Virus record (IMG/VR): IMGVR_UViG_3300037504_000149
Length of the DNA: 64,000 nucleotides
Strand: one strand, 5' to 3'
Source of the DNA: a virus
Lineage: Duplodnaviria > Caudoviricetes
Made by a program: the position numbers and the translations under genes
The notes under the pieces: model-generated
Database searches by the model: none
What the model saw: only the letters and a program-made list of their open reading frames with translations
What the model was told of the DNA's origin: nothing
Shown here: piece after piece, positions 45,633 to 55,866 of the stretch
Numbering within the stretch: the first letter of the stretch is position 1
How the letters are laid out: each line of letters starts with the position of its first letter

Positions 45633-46538
45633 ATGTTAGCTAACAATTTGACAATCAGTGTTCCTAGTAGAGTATGCGATAAGGGGTGCCCTTACTGTAT
45701 TAGTAGAGTTACTCCTTCTCCTAAAATTGATAAACAAACCTTTTACGAAAATATACCTAAATTAAAGAAACTAATCGATAACGTAGGTATTACTTCAATA
45801 TTAATTACTGGCAAAGGAGAACCTTTTTTATATTTTGAATTAGAAAGATTAATAGATAAGTTTAAAGAATATCCTTTAGAAATACAAACTAACGGAGAAA
45901 GATTATCTAAAGCAGTGAATAATAATGTAACTTCTATTGAAGTAATGCTACAAAAACCTATTAATGCTATATTAAAGCATATTAATGTACTCTCTATATC
46001 GGTAGATAGTTTTTCTCAATACAAATCTTTACAGCAGCTTATAGGTAAAATAAAGCATACTAGTCCATCTACCATCATTAGATTATCTTTTAACGTGACT
46101 AAACAATTATTAGATCTTCCCGATGATTTAGATATAGATTATTATATTAAACATAGTGCTGAAGCCGGTGTTCGACAAGTAACATTTAGAAGAGTTTCTT
46201 TACCAGATACTATACCTACAAGTATCAATGACGACAATAAGATAATATCTTCAACATATGCAGCTATTAAAGGGTGGATAGAAGAAAATGCTAATGCTAA
46301 AATGTTTGCTACATGCTATGCTAAGTTACATAAATTAATCGAGAATCTTGAAGCACCTTGTATACGTAAATTTAATTTTGGTGGCGAAGTGTATGATCTT
46401 GGTGGTTTATCGCTAGCTTTAATGGACGTAACTTGTGTTCAAGAAAATCATAATGAAGATAATTTACGTAGTTTAATATACCATCAAGATGGACATCTAT
46501 ATACATCTTGGAATAGTTTGGGAAGTATTTTATTCTGA
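45633..46538 (+). CDS. radical SAM protein
   Basis: CDKGCPYC, ITGKGEP, QTNG. Confidence 0.9.
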   Translation: MLANNLTISVPSRVCDKGCPYCISRVTPSPKIDKQTFYENIPKLKKLIDNVGITSILITGKGEPFLYFELERLIDKFKEYPLEIQTNGERLSKAVNNNVTSIEVMLQKPINAILKHINVLSISVDSFSQYKSLQQLIGKIKHTSPSTIIRLSFNVTKQLLDLPDDLDIDYYIKHSAEAGVRQVTFRRVSLPDTIPTSINDDNKIISSTYAAIKGWIEENANAKMFATCYAKLHKLIENLEAPCIRKFNFGGEVYDLGGLSLALMDVTCVQENHNEDNLRSLIYHQDGHLYTSWNSLGSILF

Positions 46539-46582
46539 TTTATGTTATAATCATAAAGCATTAAATTCCACGTGACAAACAA

Positions 46583-47158
46583 ATGAAATTTATCTATTCT
46601 AATAATTATGACATACATTGGTATACGGGACACAGAGGTATTGATTCGTTTCAACAATTAGTAAATTATCCTAGTTGGCTATACCTTACGCAAGATGTTG
46701 AATTTGCTCGTGTATATGGTCCAGTGTGGGAGATTTGGTTAAGAGACAACTTAAAAACATTTGATACTGCCAATGGTAAAGAAGTCGATATGAAAGTACG
46801 TATGTACATAGACTATCTTCTACAAGATAAGACATTAGAAGATTTAGTTTATGAATCAAATTACGAATCGTTTACACAGGAAGAATTATATAATCGCGTG
46901 TATGATGAAGTTGAAGAAATGTTTACTCCCGCAGATGTAAAAGAAGTATCTTTTTATGATGGGGATTTAACAGCGTGGTTGTGGGAAACGTTTGAGTATC
47001 AATTAATAACATTCAACACTACAGCTATTGTGGTAGATTGTTATAACGGTTTGAGTCACGGTAGATTATACTTACCGGATACCAAAAGTTTTGGCCTTCC
47101 CGAAGATGAAGATTACGACGGTCCACCCCCAGGCGAGATGGAATATAACTTGAAATAA
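46583..47158 (+). CDS. hypothetical protein
   Basis: 191-aa ORF after TGTTATAAT -10. Confidence 0.7.
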   Translation: MKFIYSNNYDIHWYTGHRGIDSFQQLVNYPSWLYLTQDVEFARVYGPVWEIWLRDNLKTFDTANGKEVDMKVRMYIDYLLQDKTLEDLVYESNYESFTQEELYNRVYDEVEEMFTPADVKEVSFYDGDLTAWLWETFEYQLITFNTTAIVVDCYNGLSHGRLYLPDTKSFGLPEDEDYDGPPPGEMEYNLK

Positions 47159-47178
47159 TCGCTACATTGTGCTATAAT
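47150..47178 (+). promoter_or_regulatory. sigma70-type promoter for Met tRNAs and thyX
   Basis: TTGAAA-17-TATAAT with TG. Confidence 0.8.
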
Positions 47179-47184
47179 TAACGT

Positions 47185-47262
47185 TGCGGGGTAGAGTAAT
47201 GGTTTAGGACTCAACGGGCTCATATCCCGTCCACGGTGGTTCAATTCCACCCCCCGCAACCA
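47185..47262 (+). tRNA. tRNA-fMet(CAU), initiator-like
   Basis: Three G-C pairs closing the anticodon stem, loop CTCATAT, CCA. Confidence 0.85.
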
Positions 47263-47272
47263 AGTGTTTCGT

Positions 47273-47347
47273 GGCGGATTAGCCTAGTGGTTTAGGCACA
47301 GGTCTCATATACCTGTTACCTGAGTTCGATTCTCAGATCCGTCACCA
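47273..47347 (+). tRNA. tRNA-Met(CAU), elongator
   Basis: GGCGGAT acceptor, loop CTCATAT, CCA. Confidence 0.88.
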
Positions 47348-47373
47348 CCATGTTTAATAAAGGAGTTTATATA

Positions 47374-48027
47374 ATGCAAGCTAAAGTAACATTACTTCAT
47401 TGTACAACTAACCCGGAACAAGTAATAGAATTAGCAGGACGTACAGCACATCGTTCTACAAATAAAATAACTAAACATTCTGCTAAACAATTCTGTCAAC
47501 TGCTAAAACGGCTTGGGCATGAATCTGTCTTTGAGCATGCTTACGCCTCCTTCCAGCTAGAAAACGTATCACGCTCGCTAACTCATCAATTGGTTAGACA
47601 TCGCTTAGCTTCCTATACTCAAGAATCTCAAAGGTATGTAAAGCAAGACGGGTTTTCTTATATTACCCCACCATCACTAAAAGATAAATTAAAAGGTTTA
47701 GATGCTAAATTACGATCTAAATATCGTAATTATATGTTAGATGCTGCTAGTTTTTATAAAAGGCTTATCGAATCTGGCATACCCAAAGAAGATGCTAGAT
47801 ATATAATACCTAATGCTGCTAGTACTAAGATAGTAGTTACAGCTAATTTTAGGCAATGGAGACATATGTTAAAATTACGTGGTAGTTTACACGCACAGTG
47901 GGAAATTAGGGAAGTATTTGTAGATATACTACGTAAACTATGGAAGATAGCACCTAATGTATTTGATGATTTTCAAGTAGAATTAAGGAACGGACAAGAG
48001 TATATAATCCAAACACAAAGGAGTTAA
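47374..48027 (+). CDS. thyX: flavin-dependent thymidylate synthase
   Basis: GHESVFEH, RHRLASYTQESQRY, EDARY, AQWEIR. Confidence 0.96.
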   Translation: MQAKVTLLHCTTNPEQVIELAGRTAHRSTNKITKHSAKQFCQLLKRLGHESVFEHAYASFQLENVSRSLTHQLVRHRLASYTQESQRYVKQDGFSYITPPSLKDKLKGLDAKLRSKYRNYMLDAASFYKRLIESGIPKEDARYIIPNAASTKIVVTANFRQWRHMLKLRGSLHAQWEIREVFVDILRKLWKIAPNVFDDFQVELRNGQEYIIQTQRS

Positions 48028-48028
48028 C

Positions 48029-48616
48029 GTGTCAGAAGAAAAACACATAAACTTTAACGAGATACAAAATGAACTTTCTAAAGGTCCAAACCCTGAAGAG
48101 TTAGAAAGTGAAGAAACTGTAGAGGATCAAGAAGATAATGGTCTAACATTAGAGATTGATCAAGATGAACTAGAAGCTTTATCTAGTGAAATAGCTGAAG
48201 AATACGCATTTAAATTGGATAGTGAGACTTTTGATACTAAAGAAACTTTTGCTATCTATTTCCGTATTCTATTCGCTATGTCTTCCCTAGATATGGTTGC
48301 TAACAACCTTTCTCAACTTGCAAGGGCAGTACAACAGCAGGGTGGAGACTCTCGTCCTTTCGCTGATTTGGCTAATAAAACCTCTATGGTAGGTTTGATT
48401 CTACAACCTCTATTAGAAAAAGTCAAAAATTCTGGCGCTGAACATATTTTAGAGGAAAAGGGTAAAGATTACCAATTAGCAATATCGTACTGGCTCTCCC
48501 AAGAAGCGGTAAGTAAATTTCAAGACCTGATTGCTGCGACTCGGGCTAAGTCCAGTGTCCTTGGACCAGACGGCCAACCTGCTAGTAAGGATAAACCTAG
48601 CATCCTTATTCCGTAA
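48029..48616 (+). CDS. acidic hypothetical protein
   Basis: AAGGAG RBS. Confidence 0.7.
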   Translation: MSEEKHINFNEIQNELSKGPNPEELESEETVEDQEDNGLTLEIDQDELEALSSEIAEEYAFKLDSETFDTKETFAIYFRILFAMSSLDMVANNLSQLARAVQQQGGDSRPFADLANKTSMVGLILQPLLEKVKNSGAEHILEEKGKDYQLAISYWLSQEAVSKFQDLIAATRAKSSVLGPDGQPASKDKPSILIP

Positions 48617-48627
48617 GCAAAACCCCC

Positions 48628-48656
48628 TTGACAAAATTTACGGAATATGATATAAT
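48628..48656 (+). promoter_or_regulatory. consensus sigma70-type promoter
   Basis: TTGACA-17-TATAAT with TG. Confidence 0.85.
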
Positions 48657-48682
48657 GTCCGTAGAAAGTCAAGGAGGGACTT

Positions 48683-49468
48683 GTGGAAAACTTTCGGAAA
48701 GTGGCGCTAATCGGCGCAATTTACAACAACTTCGATAGGCTATTTGACATACTATCTCTCATTCGTATGCGAGATAAGCGTGATGTGAACGCGATTATAG
48801 CCTATGGTGGTATCGATGCACGAGCTTACGGGGATCAATTGAATCGGCTCTCTACTTATGTAGAAGAGACGCTTCAGATCCCCTTTTACCTTATCCCTCT
48901 AGGTATAGATAAGGTAGATAATCTTATTAATTGGTTTGGTGTAGGTAAATTGCACTTTATGCCCACTTCATCCTCCTCCCAAAAAGAACATAATTTTAGT
49001 GGATACAAACAACAGGTAACGGTATACCAACCATCAGTTAATATCGGTGGATTTAAGATTGGATGTAGTTATAAAACATTAGGGAAGCCTGATAGTATTT
49101 ATGGTGAGTCTAACGATGACCCTAATCATCTACATTTATTTGTAGGCAAAGCTGATGACCATGTAGACGTTGGGAATATCCCTACTGTAGTTTCTCCGAG
49201 TTTATCTCATAAATCAAGTTATGTGAGGTATAAGGAAACAGACTTTTTAAAGATAGTTAGGCTGAAAAAAGACTATCCAGAATTCTTCTACTATGGATGC
49301 TCTGTAGACAATGACACTCAACATTTATGGAAAGTACATATCCCAGTTGGTTATGATGGTTGGTGCTGCAAAAAAATAGAACGTTTAGATGCTCGTCCAG
49401 AGTTTAACGTTACTAAAGTAGTTTATCATAACATTCATCTTCCTAGTAGCTCTCACAAGAAGGATTAG
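48683..49468 (+). CDS. hypothetical protein, possibly a degenerate metallophosphoesterase fold
   Basis: VALIGAIYNN...IIAYGGID echoes calcineurin-like motifs but lacks the catalytic residues. Confidence 0.5.
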   Translation: MENFRKVALIGAIYNNFDRLFDILSLIRMRDKRDVNAIIAYGGIDARAYGDQLNRLSTYVEETLQIPFYLIPLGIDKVDNLINWFGVGKLHFMPTSSSSQKEHNFSGYKQQVTVYQPSVNIGGFKIGCSYKTLGKPDSIYGESNDDPNHLHLFVGKADDHVDVGNIPTVVSPSLSHKSSYVRYKETDFLKIVRLKKDYPEFFYYGCSVDNDTQHLWKVHIPVGYDGWCCKKIERLDARPEFNVTKVVYHNIHLPSSSHKKD

Positions 49469-49480
49469 AAAGGAGTTCTT

Positions 49481-51382
49481 GTGACTACTTACGCCTCCAC
49501 TTTGTTAGGTTCTGGGTTTCCGAACAAGCGTAAATCACCTAGAAAGCCTGCGTATTTCGGAGTCCCTAGTACGGAACTTGCTGATAAATTGGTATATTAT
49601 CGGCGCAAGTTTCTACCAATTATTGCCGATCCATCACTAAGTGACGACGGTAACTATTATGAAGTTATTGCTGTCAATCCTGACTATAAGGATTTTGTCG
49701 TTAGTTACTGCATTGTAGACATGGATGCAATTAGTGACTGGGGTTCTTTACCTTCTTCCGTAGTCCAGTATGAGAAGGATGTTTATTCAAACATTTCCGG
49801 GAAGTATTACGGCGTCAAAAAGTTGAATATACGCCGTGATGACCCACGTTATGATTACTATTACTCTTTCTTCCGTGATCCTTATAAAGAATTAGGTTTT
49901 GGGTGGGGTCGCCCAAAGAAGTTCAAGCGTTGGAGAGTAAATAAATCTTTGGCGTATAAGTTACCTCTTAAACATCCTGTGCATCATCACACTACTGTAG
50001 CTGGTAAATCTTTTGAGGGTGTACGTGCAAAACCTTATGACACCACTTACAGCCACAAGCATCGTGAATCTAGGCATGTTGCTGACATTAACAAACAACG
50101 TCGGCCTTACCTGTCACGTGAAGGGCTTAGTCGTGTTTTAGAAGACCAAACCCAGCCACCTGTACCTCATCGTCAGTTGAAGCCCTCTGCAGCTTATGAG
50201 CGCAAGCGCATTGAGGTAGACGAGGAAGATCAGACTGAAGCTATTGTGTCTACCTACAAGCGATTTGGGTATAAACTAACTCCTATTGATACTTGTCGTG
50301 CTGGAGCCTTTTGGAGGTACATCCTGCGTATAGATGATGATCTTAAAGACTATTCCAAGCTAACTAAAATTACAGAAACGCTTGGTATGGATTTAAGTCG
50401 CAGGGATGTAAATGTGTTGTTAGTCCCTGAAATTAAAGGTATTGAGGTACAGGTTCCTACAATGAAAGTACCTCCCCTTTACCTGTATGATCACATTAAC
50501 AAGCTTCGTGATTATAACGATATGTACCTGCCAGTATTCATTGGTGATGTAGGCAGGGTTCGTTACATAGACGGTGACACAGTTCATAGCGATCAGTTCA
50601 AAGTTATTGATTTAGCTGAGGCTCCCCATCTTTTAGTAGCTGGTTCTACGGGTACAGGTAAGTCGGTTTTCCTACATACACTGATACACTCACTTCACGC
50701 CGCCACACAGTATATTGACCCCACACTCATCACCATTTTCGATCTCAAAGGTAATGAGTTTCAGGAATATACTAAATTGGACCCTGTACATGGATTTGGC
50801 AAAGTTGATAACTATATAGACATCTGTACAGGGCATGAGGATGCGATTCAGTGCTTCAAGTTCTACGTAGACACTATGCAGGCTCGTTACAAGTCTATGG
50901 CTAGGGTGAACGATTGTACACCTGATGGTGCTACCATTAAAAATTGGTATGAGTTGCTGGCTTTATGGTCTGTAGGAGATGGCTACGTAAAGCGCGTCTT
51001 AAACGAAAAGAGCCATCGAGATTATGGTCCCATTGTACTCATTATCGACGAGTGGGCAGATCTGCTGTATGGTACAAGCTCGTCTAGTCAACGCAATTAC
51101 ATCGTAGAAAGTCTAAAACGACTAACTCAAAAAGGTCGAGCTGCGGGAATTCATGTTGTGCTTGCTACGCAGTCACCCCGTAGTGATGTGCTGTCAGGTG
51201 AGATTAAGAACAACTTCCCTACTCGTTTGTGCTTCCGTGTACCTACTAAGACGGATAGTCGTGTTGTGCTAGATCGTAACGGTGCGGAGAAACTTACTAA
51301 TCCTGGTGATGGATTGCTACTTAGTCCTTTAGAGGGATATCAAGGTCTACTAACTAGGGTTATTACACCTCTTCCTTGTTAG
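49481..51382 (+). CDS. FtsK/SpoIIIE-family ATPase
   Basis: PHLLVAGSTGTGKS, IIDEWADL, KGRAAGIHVVLATQ, GAEKL. Confidence 0.93.
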   Translation: MTTYASTLLGSGFPNKRKSPRKPAYFGVPSTELADKLVYYRRKFLPIIADPSLSDDGNYYEVIAVNPDYKDFVVSYCIVDMDAISDWGSLPSSVVQYEKDVYSNISGKYYGVKKLNIRRDDPRYDYYYSFFRDPYKELGFGWGRPKKFKRWRVNKSLAYKLPLKHPVHHHTTVAGKSFEGVRAKPYDTTYSHKHRESRHVADINKQRRPYLSREGLSRVLEDQTQPPVPHRQLKPSAAYERKRIEVDEEDQTEAIVSTYKRFGYKLTPIDTCRAGAFWRYILRIDDDLKDYSKLTKITETLGMDLSRRDVNVLLVPEIKGIEVQVPTMKVPPLYLYDHINKLRDYNDMYLPVFIGDVGRVRYIDGDTVHSDQFKVIDLAEAPHLLVAGSTGTGKSVFLHTLIHSLHAATQYIDPTLITIFDLKGNEFQEYTKLDPVHGFGKVDNYIDICTGHEDAIQCFKFYVDTMQARYKSMARVNDCTPDGATIKNWYELLALWSVGDGYVKRVLNEKSHRDYGPIVLIIDEWADLLYGTSSSSQRNYIVESLKRLTQKGRAAGIHVVLATQSPRSDVLSGEIKNNFPTRLCFRVPTKTDSRVVLDRNGAEKLTNPGDGLLLSPLEGYQGLLTRVITPLPC

Positions 51383-51389
51383 GAACATT

Positions 51390-51998
51390 ATGCGTTGGTT
51401 ACTTATACTGCTACTTGTAGTAGTAAGTTGTAGCGATGACGCTAGTATCGAAGATACAAAACTTCGACATAGTGTAGAAGTTTCTACGTCTATCCAGCGC
51501 AACATTTATAAATTAGCAATAAGTGAATTGTTAGAACGTATTGAGGATAATGAAGATAGATGGAAAGAGTTTAAAGATACAGATAGTTTATTCGAATCTG
51601 TGTACATCACTCCGTATAGTGATTTAGTAGTAGATGTTTATCCAACATTCGATACTTGGATTAAGGGTAAGATAAAAGAGTTAATGATAGTTTATCTAAA
51701 TCAACATTCTGAGTGGATTGACGCTGCTGTATCACGTTGCTGGTACTTCGCCTTAGGTGAGTTAATATATGCTCCCCATGACAAAGTGTTCCACACACAA
51801 GTAGAAAAGTTAGTAAATAATATTTTAGTTTCCAAAGATACATGGTTGTATGCTCAAGTACATTCTCATGTACGTCTTCCTACATTATGGTATAATGATG
51901 CAATACCTCACTGGATAAGTTATTATTGGGGTGCAGAAATTTTATATAATGCTGGATATCCATCTAAATCATATGTTATACTGTCTTTAGAAGAATAG
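51390..51998 (+). CDS. putative lipoprotein
   Basis: MRWLLILLLVVVSC lipobox-like start. Confidence 0.7.
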   Translation: MRWLLILLLVVVSCSDDASIEDTKLRHSVEVSTSIQRNIYKLAISELLERIEDNEDRWKEFKDTDSLFESVYITPYSDLVVDVYPTFDTWIKGKIKELMIVYLNQHSEWIDAAVSRCWYFALGELIYAPHDKVFHTQVEKLVNNILVSKDTWLYAQVHSHVRLPTLWYNDAIPHWISYYWGAEILYNAGYPSKSYVILSLEE

Positions 51999-52007
51999 TC
52001 ATTTAAC

Positions 52008-52095
52008 GGAAGTGTGTGCCGAATGGTAAGGCAGCGGACTGCTAATCCGTAGTCTCATACGAGACTTGCAGGTTCGACTCCTGTCACTTCCGCCA
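52008..52095 (+). tRNA. tRNA-Ser(GCU)
   Basis: Loop CTGCTAA, long variable arm, G73-CCA. Confidence 0.93.
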
Positions 52096-52132
52096 TCTTA
52101 AACAGATAAATACATTTAAATAATGAGGAAAT

Positions 52133-52540
52133 ATGTTACTTATATCAGGTAGTAGAGGTATTACTGATTATAAAATTATCACAGATGCTATGAATTATTG
52201 GTTACACGAGGGTAATACTATTCAGCATGGTATTGTGTTAGGTGGAGCTAAAGGAGTTGACACACTAGGTCAATTATACGCTGAAAAACATAATATAAAG
52301 CTTAAAGTTATTAAAGCTGATTGGGAAAACTATCCAATTAGTGCTGGTTACAATCGTAATCATGATTTATTAAAGTATACGGATAGTGCAGTAGTTGTTT
52401 GGGATGGTCAGAGCCGTGGAACAAGGCATATGATAAGTTTACTTACCAATCAACTTATACCAGAACTAGCTACACAGCATCGTTTTTTATTAAAAACAGT
52501 CCTTACAACTAGTTGTAACTTCACATGGTTAGATGTTTAG
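52133..52540 (+). CDS. SLOG-family (DUF2493-like) protein
   Basis: ISGSR, GGAKGVD, AGYNRN, WDGQSRGT. Confidence 0.88.
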   Translation: MLLISGSRGITDYKIITDAMNYWLHEGNTIQHGIVLGGAKGVDTLGQLYAEKHNIKLKVIKADWENYPISAGYNRNHDLLKYTDSAVVVWDGQSRGTRHMISLLTNQLIPELATQHRFLLKTVLTTSCNFTWLDV

Positions 52541-52553
52541 AACGGAGTGACTT

Positions 52554-53657
52554 ATGGGATTTTTAGCTGATGTATTTTCTACGGTTGGGGAATTTGTTGA
52601 AAAAATCTTCTCTAAACGAAATGTACCCTCAGACTATATTGCGAATCGTAAAAAGTACTTCCGTGAAGAGGAGTACTTTATGGACGATGTGGTGAGACTT
52701 AAGTTAAGTAAAGAGGCTCGTGATGGCCTAACCAAAGCTAGAAATTTACTGCGTAATATAGCTAGTGAAGAAGGCATGACACTAGGTAATAGTAATTTAG
52801 CTAAACGTACTTATACTCCAGGCAGTGAAATGCGTGAAGTTAACGGTGTAATGATGACTAGGGAAGATTTTGAAAAACAACAACGTGAGAAGAATGGTTC
52901 AGTAAATGCACTAGCTATACAACAAGAATTTAGTAAACATCCTATTATTAATTCCTTTCGCCATTTACTAGATGTAGTGAATACACTAGATGTAGTGCCT
53001 GCTAGTTTGTCTACAGATAGACAAAAACTTATAGCTTCCTTTATTGAGAAAATTTCTAAACAGTTAGGTACATTACCTCTACACTATCAGCGAACATCTA
53101 AGTTGTGGATTATGCTTGATAAGTTGCGTGAACAACGTGAACGTGCTTGTAGTAGAATTACTACTATAGGTAATAAAGACAAGTTTGAGCAAGTGCTTAG
53201 ACGACTTGATACTAACATTGAGAAAATAGAAAATAAAGCTGCACAGTTCGGGTATATTTTTGTAGCTAAAGCTAACAAGCTCCTAGATATTTGTGATAAG
53301 GTATCTATTAACATTGTCAAGATGGAGTTTGATGTAGCTACTACAAAGATTAGAGAAGAAACTGAAGTCTTACTTGAAGGACAAGATCTAGATTCTATGG
53401 AAGCAGATCTTGATATCCTCTCAGACGAAACGGACGCAATGCTGGATGCTGCACTTGAAGTTGATGAAGATACTGAGTGTGATTTTGCTAAGTTTAAGGA
53501 TGCTTATGAACGTAACTATAACTTACGGCAGCTATCTTCAAGTAACTCTACCTCCTCCGAAAATTCTGATGTTACACCAGACAATACTACTATAGACGAG
53601 AATGATTTAGTAGAGTCTGAGTGTGTTGATACTACGTTTGAGATTATTGACGAGTAG
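52554..53657 (+). CDS. coiled-coil hypothetical protein
   Basis: Amphipathic N-terminus, long helical heptads, acidic tail. Confidence 0.75.
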   Translation: MGFLADVFSTVGEFVEKIFSKRNVPSDYIANRKKYFREEEYFMDDVVRLKLSKEARDGLTKARNLLRNIASEEGMTLGNSNLAKRTYTPGSEMREVNGVMMTREDFEKQQREKNGSVNALAIQQEFSKHPIINSFRHLLDVVNTLDVVPASLSTDRQKLIASFIEKISKQLGTLPLHYQRTSKLWIMLDKLREQRERACSRITTIGNKDKFEQVLRRLDTNIEKIENKAAQFGYIFVAKANKLLDICDKVSINIVKMEFDVATTKIREETEVLLEGQDLDSMEADLDILSDETDAMLDAALEVDEDTECDFAKFKDAYERNYNLRQLSSSNSTSSENSDVTPDNTTIDENDLVESECVDTTFEIIDE

Positions 53658-53668
53658 AAAGGATACCT

Positions 53669-54883
53669 ATGTTTACTACTATTGATAAATATGATCTACC
53701 TATCCATATGTGGGTTGATCCTTCCACCCTGCTATCTGAAACTATCAAACAAGCTGCTAATGCTGCTAACCACCCCAGATCTGTAGGTGCAGTAGCTTTA
53801 ATGCCTGACACACATTGTGGTTATGGTGTTCCTATTGGGGCAGTTGTAGCTTATGAAGACGCAGTTGTACCTTATAATGTAGGGTCTGATGCTGGTTGTG
53901 GTATGGGGTATGTAGAAACTAACCTTCAAGTAGATCAAGTTTATGAAAAACTTCCTAATGGGAAAACGGTGTTAGAGGAAATCTATGCCATGATCCAAGA
54001 ACTTATCCCTGTAGGTTTTTCTAAGCACGATCACGCACAATATTGGCAAGGATTCTATAATGCGCCCAAACAGTCTAAAATCATCTCTAAGGAGCTTCCT
54101 AACGCGAAGAGGCAGTTAGGTACTCTTGGGGGAGGAAATCACTTTATAGAGCTTCAGAGGCGTTCTGACGGCAGGCTATGCATCATGCTCCACTCCGGTT
54201 CGCGACACCTTGGTAAAGCTCTTTGTGATTATTACAATAATCTTGCGAACGATCTTACTAGCTACCCACAGTTGAAAAAGCAGAAGCTTGCTTATTTAGA
54301 TGTACATTCAGATGCTGGAAAGGAATATCTTGCGGCTTTGACATTTGCTTTACGTTATGCTCACGAAAACCGTCAGCATATGATGGAAAACGTTAAAAAG
54401 AGTGTTTACGAAATATTCTTTAATAGATTAGGTATTGAGCCTAAATTTACAGATGAAGTAAATATACACCATAACTATACCTCTAAGGAACGTTGGTATG
54501 GTAAAGATGTGTGGGTACACCGTAAAGGCGCTATTTACGTACCTAAAGGTGCACGAGGAATTATACCTGGCTGTATGGGTACTGCTAGCTATATCGTTGA
54601 AGGATTAGGAAATAAGCTAAGTATGGATAGTGCATCTCATGGTGCTGGACGTACTATGGGCCGTGGTGCAGCTACTCGCAATCTCGATCCGAAAGAGCAG
54701 GAACGTAAAATGCAAGGCATTCTTTACCCTAGTTTTGTTAAGTCAAAGAAGAATGACAAAGTAAAGTATGATTTAGGTGAAGCTCCTGATAGCTATAAAG
54801 ACATTGAAGAAGTTATGGACAATCAGACCGATTTGGTAAAAATTGTCCATCGCTTAGAACCTATAGCTGTTCAAAAAGGTTAG
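53669..54883 (+). CDS. rtcB: RtcB RNA 2',3'-cyclic phosphate/5'-OH ligase
   Basis: MPDTHCGYGVPIG, DAGCG, GGGNHFIE, HSGSR, HHNY, HRKGA, SHGAGR, EAPDSYK. Confidence 0.96.
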   Translation: MFTTIDKYDLPIHMWVDPSTLLSETIKQAANAANHPRSVGAVALMPDTHCGYGVPIGAVVAYEDAVVPYNVGSDAGCGMGYVETNLQVDQVYEKLPNGKTVLEEIYAMIQELIPVGFSKHDHAQYWQGFYNAPKQSKIISKELPNAKRQLGTLGGGNHFIELQRRSDGRLCIMLHSGSRHLGKALCDYYNNLANDLTSYPQLKKQKLAYLDVHSDAGKEYLAALTFALRYAHENRQHMMENVKKSVYEIFFNRLGIEPKFTDEVNIHHNYTSKERWYGKDVWVHRKGAIYVPKGARGIIPGCMGTASYIVEGLGNKLSMDSASHGAGRTMGRGAATRNLDPKEQERKMQGILYPSFVKSKKNDKVKYDLGEAPDSYKDIEEVMDNQTDLVKIVHRLEPIAVQKG

Positions 54884-55518
54884 AGATTAACTAACTTACT
54901 AACCTTTTTGATAATGCTCTTATAAGGAAAGTTGTCCCCGGGGTCACCTTTGTGTCGATTAATTGATTCGTGCCCCATGATACCTTCATAATTTTTCCAA
55001 TCTTCATCACCTTTGTGATATTCCCACCCCCATTCAGGATAGGTTGGGGGAATGTCCCACTCTCTACATAAATGTGCTAATAACAAAGTACAGCTATTTA
55101 GCTGTGCTTTTGTGTATTTAGGTGTATATTCTTGGGGGTGGCTTTCTAAAGCTACACCTAGACTAAGGGCGTTATCATCAAACTTAGGTGTACTTGTAGA
55201 ACCAGCATGCCAAGCTTCATATTTATCATCTACTAGTTGATATATAGTACCGTCGTAACCTATAATGTAATGATAGGATACCTTAGAATCTGGGTTGTTT
55301 ATCCAGTCTAACACGTGTCCCATACCATGAATTTCTCCAGCAGAATAATGTACTACTATTTGAGTAGGGTGTCTCGTGGGTGGGGAATCTAAATGAGAAC
55401 CAGTGTAGTTTTTAGTTTCCTTTTTATCCACTATAGTTAAATTATCTAAACCTTCTTTAAGTTGTGTATATTTACTAAACAAACTTTTTAAATTATCTAT
55501 AAGTTTTTTAATCAACAT
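54880..55518 (-). CDS. N-acetylmuramoyl-L-alanine amidase (endolysin)
   Basis: IVVHYS, SYHYII, AWHAG, GH...KGDPG. Confidence 0.92.
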   Translation of the reverse strand: MLIKKLIDNLKSLFSKYTQLKEGLDNLTIVDKKETKNYTGSHLDSPPTRHPTQIVVHYSAGEIHGMGHVLDWINNPDSKVSYHYIIGYDGTIYQLVDDKYEAWHAGSTSTPKFDDNALSLGVALESHPQEYTPKYTKAQLNSCTLLLAHLCREWDIPPTYPEWGWEYHKGDEDWKNYEGIMGHESINRHKGDPGDNFPYKSIIKKVSKLVNL

Positions 55519-55864
55519 TCTCGTCGTCCTCCTTATACATTAGGAATGATGCTATTTGTTTACCTGTATCTCCACCTAATTTTTCAGCTAGCTTAGAAAT
55601 TCTATCTTTAGTTAGTTTATCTCTAGCTACTCTACCAAGTAAGTAAAGTGCACTCAATATACCCCAAATTGGTGTATAAACTTCGATAATAGTTTTTGTG
55701 CAACTTCCCTCAAGGAAAAATTGAGCAACTATTACACCGACTAGAATTACTGTAGATATTGCCCATACAATCCATGAACTATCATTGGGTTTTAATGTTT
55801 TTCTTTTTTTTGTTTTAGCTACTATCTTATTCTTATCTACTTTAACTTCTGTTTTTTTAGACAT
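55508..55864 (-). CDS. putative holin
   Basis: Two TM helices, directly upstream of the amidase. Confidence 0.6.
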   Translation of the reverse strand: MSKKTEVKVDKNKIVAKTKKRKTLKPNDSSWIVWAISTVILVGVIVAQFFLEGSCTKTIIEVYTPIWGILSALYLLGRVARDKLTKDRISKLAEKLGGDTGKQIASFLMYKEDDENVD

Positions 55865-55866
55865 AA

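Noticed and set aside
53669-54883. Intein or intron in RtcB (also checked by eye in ThyX, FtsK and ligase)
   Set aside because: Lengths are normal and motifs are contiguous.
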